Positions 28,705-40,015 of a stretch of 64,000 nt of DNA are shown here, one piece after another. The stretch covers positions 13,314 to 77,313 of the forward strand of contig CALWJZ010000004.1 in the NCBI GenBank assembly GCA_944381145.1, given 5' to 3'. The stretch is from an uncultured Clostridia bacterium. Its GTDB lineage: Bacteria > Bacillota > Clostridia > Christensenellales > UBA1242. Under the pieces are notes generated by a model. That model was not told the DNA's origin and made no database searches. It saw nothing but the letters and a program-made list of their open reading frames with translations. The translations under genes and the position numbers were made by a program. Numbering within the stretch: the first letter of the stretch is position 1; each line of letters opens with the position of its first letter.

Positions 28705-31290
28705 TCAAACTAATTTTTCCAAATCAATCTTTAATGCTTTATTTTTTTGCAATTTTTCCTTTTCATTTTCGATTAAACTTGAAGGTGCTTTTGATATAAA
28801 TCCAGGATTATTCAATAATTTTTCGCTTCTTTCTATTTCAAAATTTAATTTTTCAATTTCTTTTAGTAATCTTTCTTTTTCTGCTGAACTATCAACCATA
28901 CTAATTAATGGTAAGTTTATAACTAAATTATTAAATGTTAGCATTATTCCATTTTCTTGAAATTGATTGTTATTATTTAAAATTTTTAGTTCACTAATTC
29001 CACAAAGTTTTGAAATATAATCAAAAGTTTGAGAATAAATATCAAAATTATTCTTTATTAATATTTCTGCTTGTATTTTTTTGTTATCTGGTACTTTTTT
29101 ATCTGCTCTAGCATTTCTAATTGTACGAATTATATTGATTGTTTGTTCCATTATTTCACAATCAAAATCTTTGTATTTCTTAGGCCAAGAAGATATCATT
29201 ATACTTTCATCATGATTTGGCAATTCAAGATAAATATTTTCAGTTATAAATGGTATAAAAGGATGAAGTAATTTCAAAATTGTAGTAAGTACATAAACTA
29301 AAGTTGCACAAGAAGACTCTTTATGATTTTGTATATCACATTTACTAAACTCAATATACCAATCACAAAATTTATTCCAGAAAAATTCACTCAAATCACT
29401 AGCAGCCATTCCTAAGTCATATTTATCAAACTTTTTGTCCACCATATCTATGACTTTGTTAAGTTCGGTAATTATCCATTTGTCTGCAAGTGATAAATCA
29501 ACTTGAGAAATATCTTTTATATCTTCCCCTTCGATTTGCATAAGAACATATCTAGAAGCATTCCAAATTTTTCCCATAAAATTTCTAGTAAGTTCAACTT
29601 TTTTCTCACTAAATCGACTATCAGATTGAATTGCAACGCCATCAAATAGACTAAACCTAAGAGAATCAACTCCATATTTGTCAATCATATCAATTGGATC
29701 TGTTCCATTACCCAAAGTTTTTGACATTTTTCTACCATCAGAAGCTTTGACTATACCATTAATTACAATCTCGCTAAATGGTATTTTCCCCATGTATTCA
29801 ATACCAGAAAATATCATTCTTGCTACCCATAGATTGATAATTTCTCTAGCAGTTACCATAACATTTGTAGGATAAAAATACTTCAAATCAGGAGAATCAT
29901 CTGGGAATCCTAAAGTGCTTAGTGGCCACAAAGCACTACTAAACCAAGTATCTAATTTATCTAATTCCTTAGTTAAATTATGACTATGACATTTAGGACA
30001 CTCATTTGGATCATATTCTTCTACAATTATTTCTCCACAATCATTACATGTAAATATTGGAATATCATGTCCAGACCAAATCTGTCTTGAAATACACCAA
30101 TCTTTTATGTTTTTCATCCAATTCAAATATGTTTTTTTGTATTGTTCGTCCATAAATTTAACTGTGCCATTTTCAACAACTTCAATTGCAGGTTTAGCAA
30201 GGTCATTCATACGAACAAACCATTGGCTAGAAATTATCGGTTCTATAATGGTTTTGCATCTTTCACAATGACCAACATTATGTGAATAATCTTCTATCTT
30301 TACAAGATTGCAACTTAACTTTAAATCATCAACGATTTGCTCTCTTGCTTTTTCTCTAGTCAATCCTTGATATTTACCAGAATTTTCATTCATTATACCA
30401 TCATCGCCGATACATTTAATTATATCCAAATCATGTCTAAGGCCAACTTCAAAATCGTTTGGATCGTGAGCAGGTGTTATTTTTACTACTCCAGTACCAA
30501 AATCCATTTCTACATAATCATCAGCAATAATAGGTATTAGTTTGTTAACAAGTGGCAACACTACATTTTTTCCAATCAAATTTTTATATCTTTCATCTTT
30601 TGGGTTAACAGCAACAGCAGTATCTCCAAGCATTGTTTCTGGTCTTGTTGTCGCAACTTCAATAAAATTGTCTGAATTTTCTATTTGATAACGTATGTGC
30701 CATAAATGAGATGGAACATCTTTGAATTCAACTTCAGCATCGCTTATGCTACTGCGACATTTTGGACACCAATTAACAATTCTTTTACCTTTATAAATCA
30801 ATCCTTTTTTATACAAATGAACGAATACTTTTCGCACTGCTCTACAATTTCTATCGTCCATTGTAAAGGCAAGTCTATCCCAATCGCAAGAATACCCCAT
30901 TCTTTTGAATTGTTCAATGATAGTACCCTTATATTGTTTATACCAATCTTCAATTCTTTCCTTAAATTTTTCTCTTCCTAATTGTTCTTTTGATGTTCCT
31001 TCTTTTTCTAATTGTTTACATAACATGTATTCAGTAGATAATGCAGCATGATCTGTTCCTGGCACCCATAGAGCATTATAGCCTTGCATTCTTTTTCTAC
31101 GAATAATGATATCTTGTATCGTTTCTTGAAAGGCATGTCCCATATGTAATTTGCTTGTAATATTTGGAGGTGGCATTATTATTGTAAAAGGCGTTTTTGA
31201 TTGATCAACCTTTGCACTAAAATATTTTTTCCCTAGCCAAGTATCATATATTTTGGCTTCAAATTTACTAGGATCATAATTTTTTTCCAT
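28705..31290 (-). CDS. valS: Valine--tRNA ligase
   Basis: 861 aa with HIGH-type motif (SKLHMGHA), KMSKT, and a C-terminal coiled coil. Confidence 0.96.
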   Translation of the reverse strand: MEKNYDPSKFEAKIYDTWLGKKYFSAKVDQSKTPFTIIMPPPNITSKLHMGHAFQETIQDIIIRRKRMQGYNALWVPGTDHAALSTEYMLCKQLEKEGTSKEQLGREKFKERIEDWYKQYKGTIIEQFKRMGYSCDWDRLAFTMDDRNCRAVRKVFVHLYKKGLIYKGKRIVNWCPKCRSSISDAEVEFKDVPSHLWHIRYQIENSDNFIEVATTRPETMLGDTAVAVNPKDERYKNLIGKNVVLPLVNKLIPIIADDYVEMDFGTGVVKITPAHDPNDFEVGLRHDLDIIKCIGDDGIMNENSGKYQGLTREKAREQIVDDLKLSCNLVKIEDYSHNVGHCERCKTIIEPIISSQWFVRMNDLAKPAIEVVENGTVKFMDEQYKKTYLNWMKNIKDWCISRQIWSGHDIPIFTCNDCGEIIVEEYDPNECPKCHSHNLTKELDKLDTWFSSALWPLSTLGFPDDSPDLKYFYPTNVMVTAREIINLWVARMIFSGIEYMGKIPFSEIVINGIVKASDGRKMSKTLGNGTDPIDMIDKYGVDSLRFSLFDGVAIQSDSRFSEKKVELTRNFMGKIWNASRYVLMQIEGEDIKDISQVDLSLADKWIITELNKVIDMVDKKFDKYDLGMAASDLSEFFWNKFCDWYIEFSKCDIQNHKESSCATLVYVLTTILKLLHPFIPFITENIYLELPNHDESIMISSWPKKYKDFDCEIMEQTINIIRTIRNARADKKVPDNKKIQAEILIKNNFDIYSQTFDYISKLCGISELKILNNNNQFQENGIMLTFNNLVINLPLISMVDSSAEKERLLKEIEKLNFEIERSEKLLNNPGFISKAPSSLIENEKEKLQKNKALKIDLEKLV

Positions 31291-31299
31291 TTTTTATCA

Positions 31300-31554
31300 T
31301 TAAACTCCTCTAAAAACAACTATTAGAACTGAAATAAACAAAAAAACCAAACCAACAGCTTTAAAGGAAATTAAAACTGGATCGTTATCTTCAATTTCAT
31401 TAGATTTTCTTACTACCCTTGCCACTCGTCTACCAAGAACTGCCAAAGAAACTCCAATTATTGCAAATACTAATGCAACAATAATGGCAGGCATTTGAAT
31501 TCTTCTTACGAAATTATCTGCGAAAGTTTGAAATACATTTAAAGTTAAGTTCAT
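31300..31554 (-). CDS. Small two-TM membrane protein (84 aa)
   Basis: Two hydrophobic helices. Its stop lies 9 nt before the valS start. Confidence 0.45.
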   Translation of the reverse strand: MNLTLNVFQTFADNFVRRIQMPAIIVALVFAIIGVSLAVLGRRVARVVRKSNEIEDNDPVLISFKAVGLVFLFISVLIVVFRGV

Positions 31555-31819
31555 TATAACTCTCTCCTGTAATTAAAAAAATTTTAGGTTATCTATGTAA
31601 TTAGTGATTTTAGATAAGTCTTATAATATTTATCACAATTTATATAATTATACGTAAAGTATATCAAATCTAATCAGAAAAAACAAGTCTATTTTTTGAA
31701 AACTTCAGTATGATATTGATTTTTTTATTTCTTTTTAATTAATTATTAAAAAACCCCAAAATAACAAATTTTAAAAAAAAAGAATATATTAAGATAATGC
31801 ATAAATTAGGAGGTTATGA

Positions 31820-32806
31820 ATGAAAAAATTATTTATTGCATTGCTTTGTTTACTTTTTGCAGTACCATTTGCACTTGTGGGTTGCAGTGACACAAAAAAC
31901 ACAGTTAGGTTATGTGAAGTAACTCATAGTATTTTTTATGCTCCTCTATATATTGCAATTAACAAAGGTTATTTTGAAGATTACGATATAAAAATTGAAC
32001 TTACAAATGGTGGCGGAGCAGATAAATGCATGTCAGCATTAATTAGCAAATCAGCTGATATTGCTCTTATGGGTCCAGAAGCAACAATTTATGTTGCAGA
32101 ACAAGGCAAAAAAGATATGCCAGTTGTTTTTGGACAATTAACAAAACGAGACGGTTCTTTTATTATTGGTAGAGAAAATATTACAAATTTCACATGGGAC
32201 GTTCTTGCTAACAAAGAAATTCTTGGTGGTAGACAAGGAGGAGTTCCTGCAATGACTCTTGAATATGCCATAGAGAAAAATAATGTACAAAATTGCACAA
32301 TCAATTACGATGTTGCTTTTGATAATTTGACAAGTGCTTTTATAGGTGGTACAGGAGATTTTGTAACAGCATTTGAACCAGTTGCCAGTACTTTAGTGGA
32401 AAACAATCAAGGATATATTTTGGCAAGTGTTGGTGCAGAAACAGGCGAAATTCCATATACTGCATTTACTGCAAATTCTAGTTATATTGAAAAAAATGAA
32501 GATACCATAAAAAATTTCTTGAGAGCAATTATGAAAGGTTATAATTATTTGATGAGTGCAAAAATTGATGATGTTGTGCAATCATTAAAACCTTCCTTTG
32601 AAGGAACTAGTGACGCTTCAATCAAAAAGAGTATTCAAAGCTATATAGCAATTGATTCTTGGAATAGTACCCCTGTTATGACAGAAGTTGCATATAATAA
32701 TCTAATTAAAATTATGCAAAATGCTGGAAAATTAACAGAAACTGTACCTTTTGCTTCTGTTGTAAATAACAATTACGCCTTAGAAATTTTAAATGATGCT
32801 ATTTAA
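31820..32806 (+). CDS. ABC transporter substrate-binding lipoprotein (NMT1/THI5-like, nitrate/sulfonate/bicarbonate class)
   Basis: Lipobox LVGC. AGGAGG lies upstream. NMT1-like pattern, followed by a cognate ATPase and permease. Confidence 0.75.
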   Translation: MKKLFIALLCLLFAVPFALVGCSDTKNTVRLCEVTHSIFYAPLYIAINKGYFEDYDIKIELTNGGGADKCMSALISKSADIALMGPEATIYVAEQGKKDMPVVFGQLTKRDGSFIIGRENITNFTWDVLANKEILGGRQGGVPAMTLEYAIEKNNVQNCTINYDVAFDNLTSAFIGGTGDFVTAFEPVASTLVENNQGYILASVGAETGEIPYTAFTANSSYIEKNEDTIKNFLRAIMKGYNYLMSAKIDDVVQSLKPSFEGTSDASIKKSIQSYIAIDSWNSTPVMTEVAYNNLIKIMQNAGKLTETVPFASVVNNNYALEILNDAI

Positions 32807-32924
32807 ATATAAAGACATATTGGAATTCAATATGTCTTTTTTATATCACAAATTCTATTTTATTTAAATATAATGAGATAAGGTGACACATTATTGTTGC
32901 CTACTAAAGATTTTGGAGAGCGAG

Positions 32925-33671
32925 ATGAAAATTCTTAAACTAGATAATGTTGACTTAACCTACTTTAGTACCAACGGCGAAACTGAAGCATTAAAAAATA
33001 TTACATTTACGGTTGATTCTGGCGATTTTGTTAGCATAGTTGGTCCTAGTGGGTGTGGAAAAACCACAATCTTATCTCTTATAAGTGGACTTATGAAACC
33101 AACAAAAGGAAAAATATCAATAAATAATCTAAAAAATGATTCTTCTTTTGTTGGCTATATGTTTCAAAAAGATAATTTATTTGAATGGCGAACAATTCTT
33201 GGAAATGTTTATCTCGGTCTTGAGTTACAGAAAAGAAAAACAAAAGAAAATATTGAATATGTTAACAATCTTCTAAAAAAATATAATTTATGGGAATTTA
33301 GAAATAAATATCCAAAGCAACTTTCAGGAGGCATGAGACAGCGTGTTGCTTTAATTAGAACTTTGGCACTTAAGCCATCTATTTTATTATTAGACGAAGC
33401 ATTTAGTGCTTTGGATTATCAAACAAGATTAAATGTTTGCGATGATGTATATAAAATTATAAAGCAAGAAAAAGTAACAGCTATTCTAGTTACTCATGAT
33501 ATAAGTGAAGCTATATCATTAAGTGACAAAATTATAATACTTTCAAAAAGACCTGCTACCATAAAAAAAGAAATAAATTTAACTTTTGATAAATCTCAAT
33601 CACCACTTAATCGACGAGGAAGCAATGAAGCTAAAAAAGTATTTGATGAAATTTGGAGAGAATTACAATGA
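32925..33671 (+). CDS. ABC transporter ATP-binding protein (NitT/TauT family)
   Basis: Walker A GPSGCGKTT, signature LSGGMRQR, Walker B LLLDEAFSALD. ATG 32925 follows GGAGAG. Confidence 0.9.
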   Translation: MKILKLDNVDLTYFSTNGETEALKNITFTVDSGDFVSIVGPSGCGKTTILSLISGLMKPTKGKISINNLKNDSSFVGYMFQKDNLFEWRTILGNVYLGLELQKRKTKENIEYVNNLLKKYNLWEFRNKYPKQLSGGMRQRVALIRTLALKPSILLLDEAFSALDYQTRLNVCDDVYKIIKQEKVTAILVTHDISEAISLSDKIIILSKRPATIKKEINLTFDKSQSPLNRRGSNEAKKVFDEIWRELQ

Positions 33672-34474
33672 AACCAAAAATTTCAAACGATTATAAAATT
33701 TACTTAAAAAAACAAAAAATTCACAAAGGTCTAATTTTAACTGCACAAATAGGAATATTGGTGGTTTTTATTGGTTTGTGGGAACTTTTAGCTTGGTTAG
33801 AAATAATTGACACTTTTATTATGTCAAGCCCTAGTAGAATAATAAAAACAATTGGAGAATTATATAGGGGTGGAAATTTATTTTATCATATTTTTACAAC
33901 TCTTTATGAAGCTATTATAGGTTTCCTTATTGCCACACTTGGAGGAACTTTGATAGCTATTATTCTTTGGTGGAACGATACTTTAAGAAGAATTCTTGAT
34001 CCATATATTGTAGTTTTGAACTCTCTACCAAAAATCGCATTAGGTCCAATTATTATAATTTGGGTAGGCGTAGGAACTTCTTCTATAGTAACTATGGACA
34101 TTCTAATTATGATAGTTATCACTATAATTTCTATGCTTAATGCTTTTAGACAAACTAGCGAGAGTAAAATTATGTTGCTAAAAAGCATGAACGCAACAAA
34201 ATTTCAAATACTATACAAATTAATTTTGCCAAATTCTCTATCTGAATTTATTAGTTTGCTAAAAATTAATGTTGGACTTACTTGGGTTGGAACTATTATG
34301 GGCGAATATCTTGTTAGCAAAGCCGGTCTTGGTTATTTAATTATTTATGGTAGTCAAATATTCAATTTGGATTTAGTTATGACTAGTACAATTATTCTTT
34401 GTATTTTAGCAGCGCTTATGTATTTTATAGTTGCTTTTATAGAAAAGAAGGTCAATAACAAACTTAATTCTTAA
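33668..34474 (+). CDS. ABC transporter permease
   Basis: About 6 TM. The ATGA overlap with the ATPase stop indicates translational coupling. Confidence 0.85.
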   Translation: MKPKISNDYKIYLKKQKIHKGLILTAQIGILVVFIGLWELLAWLEIIDTFIMSSPSRIIKTIGELYRGGNLFYHIFTTLYEAIIGFLIATLGGTLIAIILWWNDTLRRILDPYIVVLNSLPKIALGPIIIIWVGVGTSSIVTMDILIMIVITIISMLNAFRQTSESKIMLLKSMNATKFQILYKLILPNSLSEFISLLKINVGLTWVGTIMGEYLVSKAGLGYLIIYGSQIFNLDLVMTSTIILCILAALMYFIVAFIEKKVNNKLNS

Positions 34475-35483
34475 TATCTTTTGAACAAGAGAAACTTTTC
34501 TTCAAATAGAAAAGTTTCTTTTCTTGAATAAACACACCAAAAATTATAATAAACCCAAGAATACCAATTATTAAATAAATATAATTAACAATAAAAGCAA
34601 ATTTTAAATTTCCTATTAGAAAAGAAACAAACAAAATCAAAATAACTGTTATATTATAATTTTTTATATATTTATTAATGTAATTACCTAATACAAAGAC
34701 TGAAGAAGTAATTGTTGTGAAAAGCCCACCCCAAATTGTGACGATTGACACAATCCAACAAATTAAATTTTTTTGAAGAGAAAGAGTGAGCAAAGGCATA
34801 GGATAATTTGTTAAATTATTTGTAATAATTGCATTATTACAAACAAAAATTAATAAACATATTATTAATGTTGATAAAATAGACGCAATCAAACATTCCT
34901 TGCGCGAATAATTTTTACCCACCTCTAAAATAAATAATCCTAATGACACAATATTTATAAAAACATAATTTGTTCCACTTATTATACTTAGCATTATATC
35001 GCCATTTTGAATTTTTGTGTCTGCATAACCCCAACACATAGTTAATATTACAATTATGATAATTGGCACTAATATTAAATTAATTTTACTTAACGCTTTT
35101 ATATTTCCAATAACTGCAATATAACACAAAAAACTTGTCATAATAACGAAAATAAATTTATTAATTTTGATTGTTTCTGCTATAACCACACTTCCTGCAA
35201 GCATTGAGCTAGTTAAAATTAATAAACTTATAACCAATAACCAATTGATACAAATACCAAATTTCCCAAAATACTTTAAAACAAAATTGCTAAATCCTTG
35301 AATTTTTTGAGATAATCTAAAAAACATATAAATAAAAATAAAAAGCAAAATTCCAGCTATGCAGATACTAATAAAAGAACTTTTGCCAAAAATACTAAAA
35401 TAATTTGCAATTTCTCTGCCACTAACAAATCCAGCACCAATAAACCAACCTAAAATCATAAATACAAGACTCAAAACTTTCAT
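34464..35483 (-). CDS. YkvI-family membrane protein
   Basis: N-terminus GWFIGAGFVSGREIANYF resembles the YkvI signature. Polytopic. Confidence 0.65.
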   Translation of the reverse strand: MKVLSLVFMILGWFIGAGFVSGREIANYFSIFGKSSFISICIAGILLFIFIYMFFRLSQKIQGFSNFVLKYFGKFGICINWLLVISLLILTSSMLAGSVVIAETIKINKFIFVIMTSFLCYIAVIGNIKALSKINLILVPIIIIVILTMCWGYADTKIQNGDIMLSIISGTNYVFINIVSLGLFILEVGKNYSRKECLIASILSTLIICLLIFVCNNAIITNNLTNYPMPLLTLSLQKNLICWIVSIVTIWGGLFTTITSSVFVLGNYINKYIKNYNITVILILFVSFLIGNLKFAFIVNYIYLIIGILGFIIIFGVFIQEKKLFYLKKSFSCSKDIKN

Positions 35484-35549
35484 AAAAATATATATGTTAA
35501 ATAAAAAAAAATTAGAAGAAAAAAGTAATCAGAATGTACTGATTACTTA

Positions 35550-36485
35550 TTATTGTTTATCTTTATTCTTATTTACTTTTACTTCTTTGGTTGTTGCTAC
35601 GAATCCACTATTTTTGCTTTGAGATAAGTTTTTTTCAGTTTTAGGTTGAGCTTTAGTTTCGCTTTTTACTAGAATTTGCGATTTTGTAGATTTATGTTTC
35701 TGTCTATATTCTTGTTGCGCTTTTAAGTTTCCTAGAGCTATAAGTTCTTCAATTTGACTTTGTTTTTGCTTTTTTGTTTTTATCAAATCAAATGGCAAAA
35801 TTAATAAAAACTGAACTCCCACTAAAATTGCAAGTAAAGGCAAAATACATAAGAAAGGAATCGGTATTATACTATACAACCATTCAATCAAAATATCATA
35901 ACCTTCTCCCATTGTCCCAAAATAATTTGCATGTACTCCCCACGCTGTAAATCTCATAAAAACATTAAATAAGTGTGCAATTGCAACTATGATTATATAA
36001 GTAATGCTTGCATCTAAAACATCTTTCTTCTCCAAATCTTCTTCGTTCCATAGCATACCCAAAACTGCGTTTGCCAAAACTACTGCATTCAATATATAGT
36101 AACTAATTATGCATAACGAAAATGCATTAAATTGATTATACATACTTGGTACAAAAATTAAGTTATACCCACTTACTGGAGCAATAATCAAATAAGCAAA
36201 TTTTTTCCATGATGATTTTTTATAAAAAAATATAAAAATACTCAAATATACAAATATTTGAAATAATTCAATTGGCATTTGGTCTCCAAATTTTGTACCT
36301 TTGTTGACAATCAATCTACTTGTATATTCAATTATGAAAAAAAGACCAATACAGGCAATCAATGAAATTTGACTAATAACTCGTGCTTTGTCATCTAATT
36401 TTCTTAGTACCAACACCAAAGCAACAATTATCCCAATAGACAATGTTAAATATATAAAATATTGCCAACTAAACACATTAAACAT
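35550..36485 (-). CDS. Integral membrane protein (possibly YwaF/TP0381-like) with a K/Q-rich C-terminal tail
   Basis: About 7 TM. The family call is weak. Confidence 0.5.
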   Translation of the reverse strand: MFNVFSWQYFIYLTLSIGIIVALVLVLRKLDDKARVISQISLIACIGLFFIIEYTSRLIVNKGTKFGDQMPIELFQIFVYLSIFIFFYKKSSWKKFAYLIIAPVSGYNLIFVPSMYNQFNAFSLCIISYYILNAVVLANAVLGMLWNEEDLEKKDVLDASITYIIIVAIAHLFNVFMRFTAWGVHANYFGTMGEGYDILIEWLYSIIPIPFLCILPLLAILVGVQFLLILPFDLIKTKKQKQSQIEELIALGNLKAQQEYRQKHKSTKSQILVKSETKAQPKTEKNLSQSKNSGFVATTKEVKVNKNKDKQ

Positions 36486-36590
36486 AATTATTGTCTTCCT
36501 TAAATTTTCATAAAACTTTTTTAACTACACTAGTATGATAACACAAAGGGCTCAAAACTCAAATCATTTGTAAACATATTCAGTCTGAAT

Positions 36591-37400
36591 TCATTTAAAT
36601 ATAATTTTATCATGCTGAATTATAGGAGTTGAATTTATAATATTTACAAAAACATTTATTGCAGAATTTATTATATTATTTCCTAATTCATCAAATTTAG
36701 TTAAAGAATTTTCATTTAAAATAGTTATAATTTCATTATTTTTACTTTCATCTTCTACATTGTTTAATTTTGCTTCATTGGATATAGAAAAAATCGAATT
36801 ATTCAAAACTTCTATTTTTGATTTTGTCTTTATATATATACTAGGTAAATTAGAATTTTTTATATAATTTGACATATTTACTTTAATCACACTTTCAGCA
36901 AAAAAGTCTTCTCCAATACCAAAAATATCATAATACAAAATTTCTACATTTTTATTTAAATTTAAAGCTTGACATATTTTTATTGATAAAGCACCTATTT
37001 CTCTACTATTTAATTCCAATTGTTCACTAATAATAATATTTGAATTTTCATCAATTTCAGAAAAATCAATACCTACAGATAATAATTTTTGATTACAACT
37101 ATTCCAATCATTTTGATTAAGCTTAGATGCCGAGAAAATTTTATTTTCATCTACTTTTTGTTCAAGTATTTCAATGATATCTTCATTTATTCCTATTATA
37201 TTATTCCAAGAGTAATTTCCACTCATATTATTGCAAGAATAAATCAAAGCACCAACTATTACAAATATTGCAAATATTATTCCAAAAATTTTGTATTTTT
37301 TTTGTTCTTTGGTTAATGATTGTTTTTTGTTTTTCTTTTGTTCTTGACGAATTTTTTTTCGTTCTTCTTTTTCTTCTTTCAAAAAATCTTTTAAGTTCAT
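36591..37400 (-). CDS. Hypothetical single-pass membrane protein
   Basis: Lys-rich N-terminus, one TM, and an N-rich ectodomain. Confidence 0.5.
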   Translation of the reverse strand: MNLKDFLKEEKEERKKIRQEQKKNKKQSLTKEQKKYKIFGIIFAIFVIVGALIYSCNNMSGNYSWNNIIGINEDIIEILEQKVDENKIFSASKLNQNDWNSCNQKLLSVGIDFSEIDENSNIIISEQLELNSREIGALSIKICQALNLNKNVEILYYDIFGIGEDFFAESVIKVNMSNYIKNSNLPSIYIKTKSKIEVLNNSIFSISNEAKLNNVEDESKNNEIITILNENSLTKFDELGNNIINSAINVFVNIINSTPIIQHDKIIFK

Positions 37401-37620
37401 TTTACAAAAAATATATAGAACAATATTACAGCCCCTATAATAATTATTATTCTAAATATTCTCCTAAAAATTTTAAACATATTATCATTAACCTTTAATT
37501 AAAATGCAAAGTATTTTATAAATATATTATCAAAACTTTAACATTATTTTTTATATTTATAATTTTATTAATTTTAAATTAACTATCATGCTCAAATACA
37601 AACAATTTTTTAGAAATATT

Positions 37621-37696
37621 TGGTGGGCAATGAGGGACTCGAACCCCCGACTTTTTCCACGTCAAAGAAACACTCTCCCAGCTGAGTTAATTGCCC
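37621..37696 (-). tRNA. tRNA-Val (anticodon GAC), CCA encoded
   Basis: GGGCAAT acceptor stem, anticodon arm TTTCT-TTGACGT-GGAAA, T-loop GGTTCGAGTCC, 3' ATTGCCCACCA. Folded by hand. Confidence 0.9.
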
Positions 37697-37934
37697 AAAA
37701 GATATAAATATAAAATTATTTATTATAAAATGCCACCATTATAATTTATATTTATCAAATAAATTTAGTTTAGTCAATCAAAAAGATTTTTATAAATATT
37801 TTATATTTTTATTTTTAAATAGTATTTATTATTATTTTATAATCAACTCAATTTTAAAAAAATATTATTTAAGAAACTTAGCAATATTTCCTAAATAAAT
37901 CACATAATAGATGTGATAAGCATGATAACTAAAC

Positions 37935-38615
37935 TTATTTATTTTCAATAGTTGAATTATTGCTATCTGTATTGCAAAATTTTTTGAGAAAATATAGACT
38001 AAAAATAGCAAAAGCGATTGAAATTAATTTACCTATATACAAAGCAAGCAATGATAGCCAAAAATCTTTGCTCATCAAAGAAATATTTGTAACTAATGAC
38101 AATCCATAATATATAATTGAATCAATTATGCTTGATATAATTAATGATAATGTTATGTTTAAGTAAAAATTAAATTTTTTGTTTTTGAACATATTGTATA
38201 ATTTAATAATTAAAATACTAGCAACAATTGATGATATACAACTCGAAAAATACAAAAAAGAATCTTTTAAATATTGAACATTATAACCAAATGAAGCAAT
38301 TTTTGTTAAAAATTCAACTATAGTAGCAAAAATAACAGCGCTTACCGAACAAATTACTAACTTGTATGCGTCTTTTTTACCAAAATCAATATACATAATA
38401 ATTACACAAACCAAAAAAAGTGTATACACTACTGAGTTCATGCCGAATTTTAATCCAAAAATGTAAATTGGATACGCTTGAGAATGAAAAATGTTGGCAT
38501 TAACAATACTACCTATAGCCAATGTATATAATATTGAACTTTTCCAAAATTTGCAACCTATAATCAAAGATGTATAAGCTAATACACAAAATCCAATCAA
38601 AAAAAATATATTCAT
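37935..38615 (-). CDS. VUT-family (YhhQ-like queuosine precursor transporter) membrane protein, tentative
   Basis: 226 aa, 6-7 TM. The segment SSIIDSIIYYGLS resembles the YhhQ DT-containing segment. Weak. Confidence 0.4.
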   Translation of the reverse strand: MNIFFLIGFCVLAYTSLIIGCKFWKSSILYTLAIGSIVNANIFHSQAYPIYIFGLKFGMNSVVYTLFLVCVIIMYIDFGKKDAYKLVICSVSAVIFATIVEFLTKIASFGYNVQYLKDSFLYFSSCISSIVASILIIKLYNMFKNKKFNFYLNITLSLIISSIIDSIIYYGLSLVTNISLMSKDFWLSLLALYIGKLISIAFAIFSLYFLKKFCNTDSNNSTIENK

Positions 38616-38635
38616 CTTCTTATTTATCCCCTAGA

Positions 38636-39169
38636 TTAATCGCTCCATAAATCATTATTAATTAATTTTGTAAGAGCCATAATAAATGCATCTTGCGTAA
38701 TCTCAATTCTATTTTTCTTTCCTTTAGTCAGAATATTTATTCCACCTTTATACATACGTAACTCATTTTCATTAAATAGATTATCCATAAGATAACCTAA
38801 TCCTTTTTCTTTGATTACTCCAATATATTTATTTGGAACAGGAAATGCACAACTAATACCAATGCTTTCAATTCCAATTTGATTTTTTACAACAGCAAAA
38901 TTTAAAATATAATAATCATTATACACATTAACTAATCCACTCTCTATTGCAACAAAATATTGAGCTTCAATATTATTATTATTTGCATATTTGATTAAGT
39001 TATCTACCCTATTTTTAGCACCTTGCAAAGTCTCTTCGTTAACAGGTTGTTCGTTAACATTTGATTCAACATTTACTGCCTCAATTTCAACATCATCAAA
39101 AAATTTTTGAAAGGCAAGTTTTGCACCTTCAATTTTACCAGCATTTTTAGTAGCAATAAGTATTTTCAT
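38636..39169 (-). CDS. yjjX: Inosine/xanthosine triphosphatase (YjjX/DUF84 NTPase)
   Basis: MKILIATKNAGKIEGAKLAF...VESNVNEQPVNEETLQGAKNRV, comparable with E. coli YjjX. Confidence 0.8.
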   Translation of the reverse strand: MKILIATKNAGKIEGAKLAFQKFFDDVEIEAVNVESNVNEQPVNEETLQGAKNRVDNLIKYANNNNIEAQYFVAIESGLVNVYNDYYILNFAVVKNQIGIESIGISCAFPVPNKYIGVIKEKGLGYLMDNLFNENELRMYKGGINILTKGKKNRIEITQDAFIMALTKLINNDLWSD

Positions 39170-39330
39170 AATAATCCTTAAACACGTAATATTTAATTAT
39201 ATCATAACCTCAGCAAAACACAAAATAAATATATTTTAATAAAGAAAATAATTTTAGATAAAAGTAATTATATAATTACAATAAGCCACGTCTTCTGAAG
39301 TAAAAATTTATTTGTAATAAATAATAAATT

Positions 39331-39357
39331 CAAAAAAAAGTAGGTTATGACCTACTT
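39331..39357 (-). terminator. Intrinsic terminator after tRNA-Arg
   Basis: AAGTAGGT-TATG-ACCTACTT hairpin followed by a U-run on the minus strand. Confidence 0.7.
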
Positions 39358-39360
39358 TTT

Positions 39361-39437
39361 TGGTGCACCCATGAGGAGTCGAACCCCAAACCTCCTGGTC
39401 CGTAGCCAGACGCTCTATCCAGTTGAGCTATGAGTGC
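39361..39437 (-). tRNA. tRNA-Arg (anticodon ACG), CCA encoded
   Basis: GCACTCA acceptor stem, anticodon arm TCTGG-CTACGGA-CCAGG, T-loop GGTTCGACTCC, 3' TGGGTGCACCA. Confidence 0.9.
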
Positions 39438-39551
39438 AAATTATGATTGATATTTAGAATATAAATTCTTTAACCAAACGTTATAATTTTAATAAAAATT
39501 ATTATAAATGTCAATAACTTTAAAATATTTTTTAATTTTTGACGAAAACAT

Positions 39552-39599
39552 TTGACTAATTTCTTTTATTTAATATAATAAAAATAGGAATTGTTCCTA
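39552..39599 (+). promoter_or_regulatory. perR-rbr promoter (TTGACT-16-TATAAT) with overlapping palindromic operator TAGGAA-TTG-TTCCTA
   Basis: TTGACT at 39552-39557, TATAAT at 39574-39579, palindrome at 39585-39599 just downstream of the -10. Confidence 0.55.
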
Positions 39600-39613
39600 A
39601 TTTTAGAGGTTAT

Positions 39614-40015
39614 ATGAAAAATTTTTCTAGACAAAGAAAATTGATTGTAAGTATTCTACAAAATTCTTTTGAACACCCTACTGCTGAAGAAATTTTCTAT
39701 CTAGCAAGACAAAAAGAAAAAAACATTTCTCTCGGCACAGTTTACAGAAATTTGGACATGTTGTCAAAAGAAAATGTAATAGAAAAAATTTCAACACCCA
39801 TAGGAAAAGTTAAATATGATCTAAAAAAAGACAAACATTATCATGCTATTTGCAAATTATGTGGTGAAATTTTCGATTTCTATTCTAATATTAATTTAGA
39901 AAAATTGCAAAATGATATAAAGAAACAAACAAAATTAGAAACATTCTGTGAAGAATTAAGTGTATTGGGTATTTGTGAAAAATGCCAAAAGGGAGAAAAA
40001 AATGAAAACAATTAA
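39614..40015 (+). CDS. perR: Fur-family transcriptional regulator (PerR-like)
   Basis: HPTAEEIF...LGTVYRNLD w[13 protein letters not shown] and CEKC metal sites. Overlaps the rubrerythrin gene. Confidence 0.8.
   Translation: MKNFSRQRKLIVSILQNSFEHPTAEEIFYLARQKEKNISLGTVYRNLDMLSKENVIEKISTPIGKVKYDLKKDKHYHAICKLCGEIFDFYSNINLEKLQNDIKKQTKLETFCEELSVLGICEKCQKGEKNENN

Noticed and set aside
31555-31819. Possible riboswitch (TPP or other) upstream of the NMT1/THI5-like ABC transporter, or a T-box upstream of the small ORF and valS
   Set aside because: I read both strands. No CTGAGA/ACCCT-type TPP core, no T-box AGGGTGGTACCGCG-like sequence, and no substantial helices are present.
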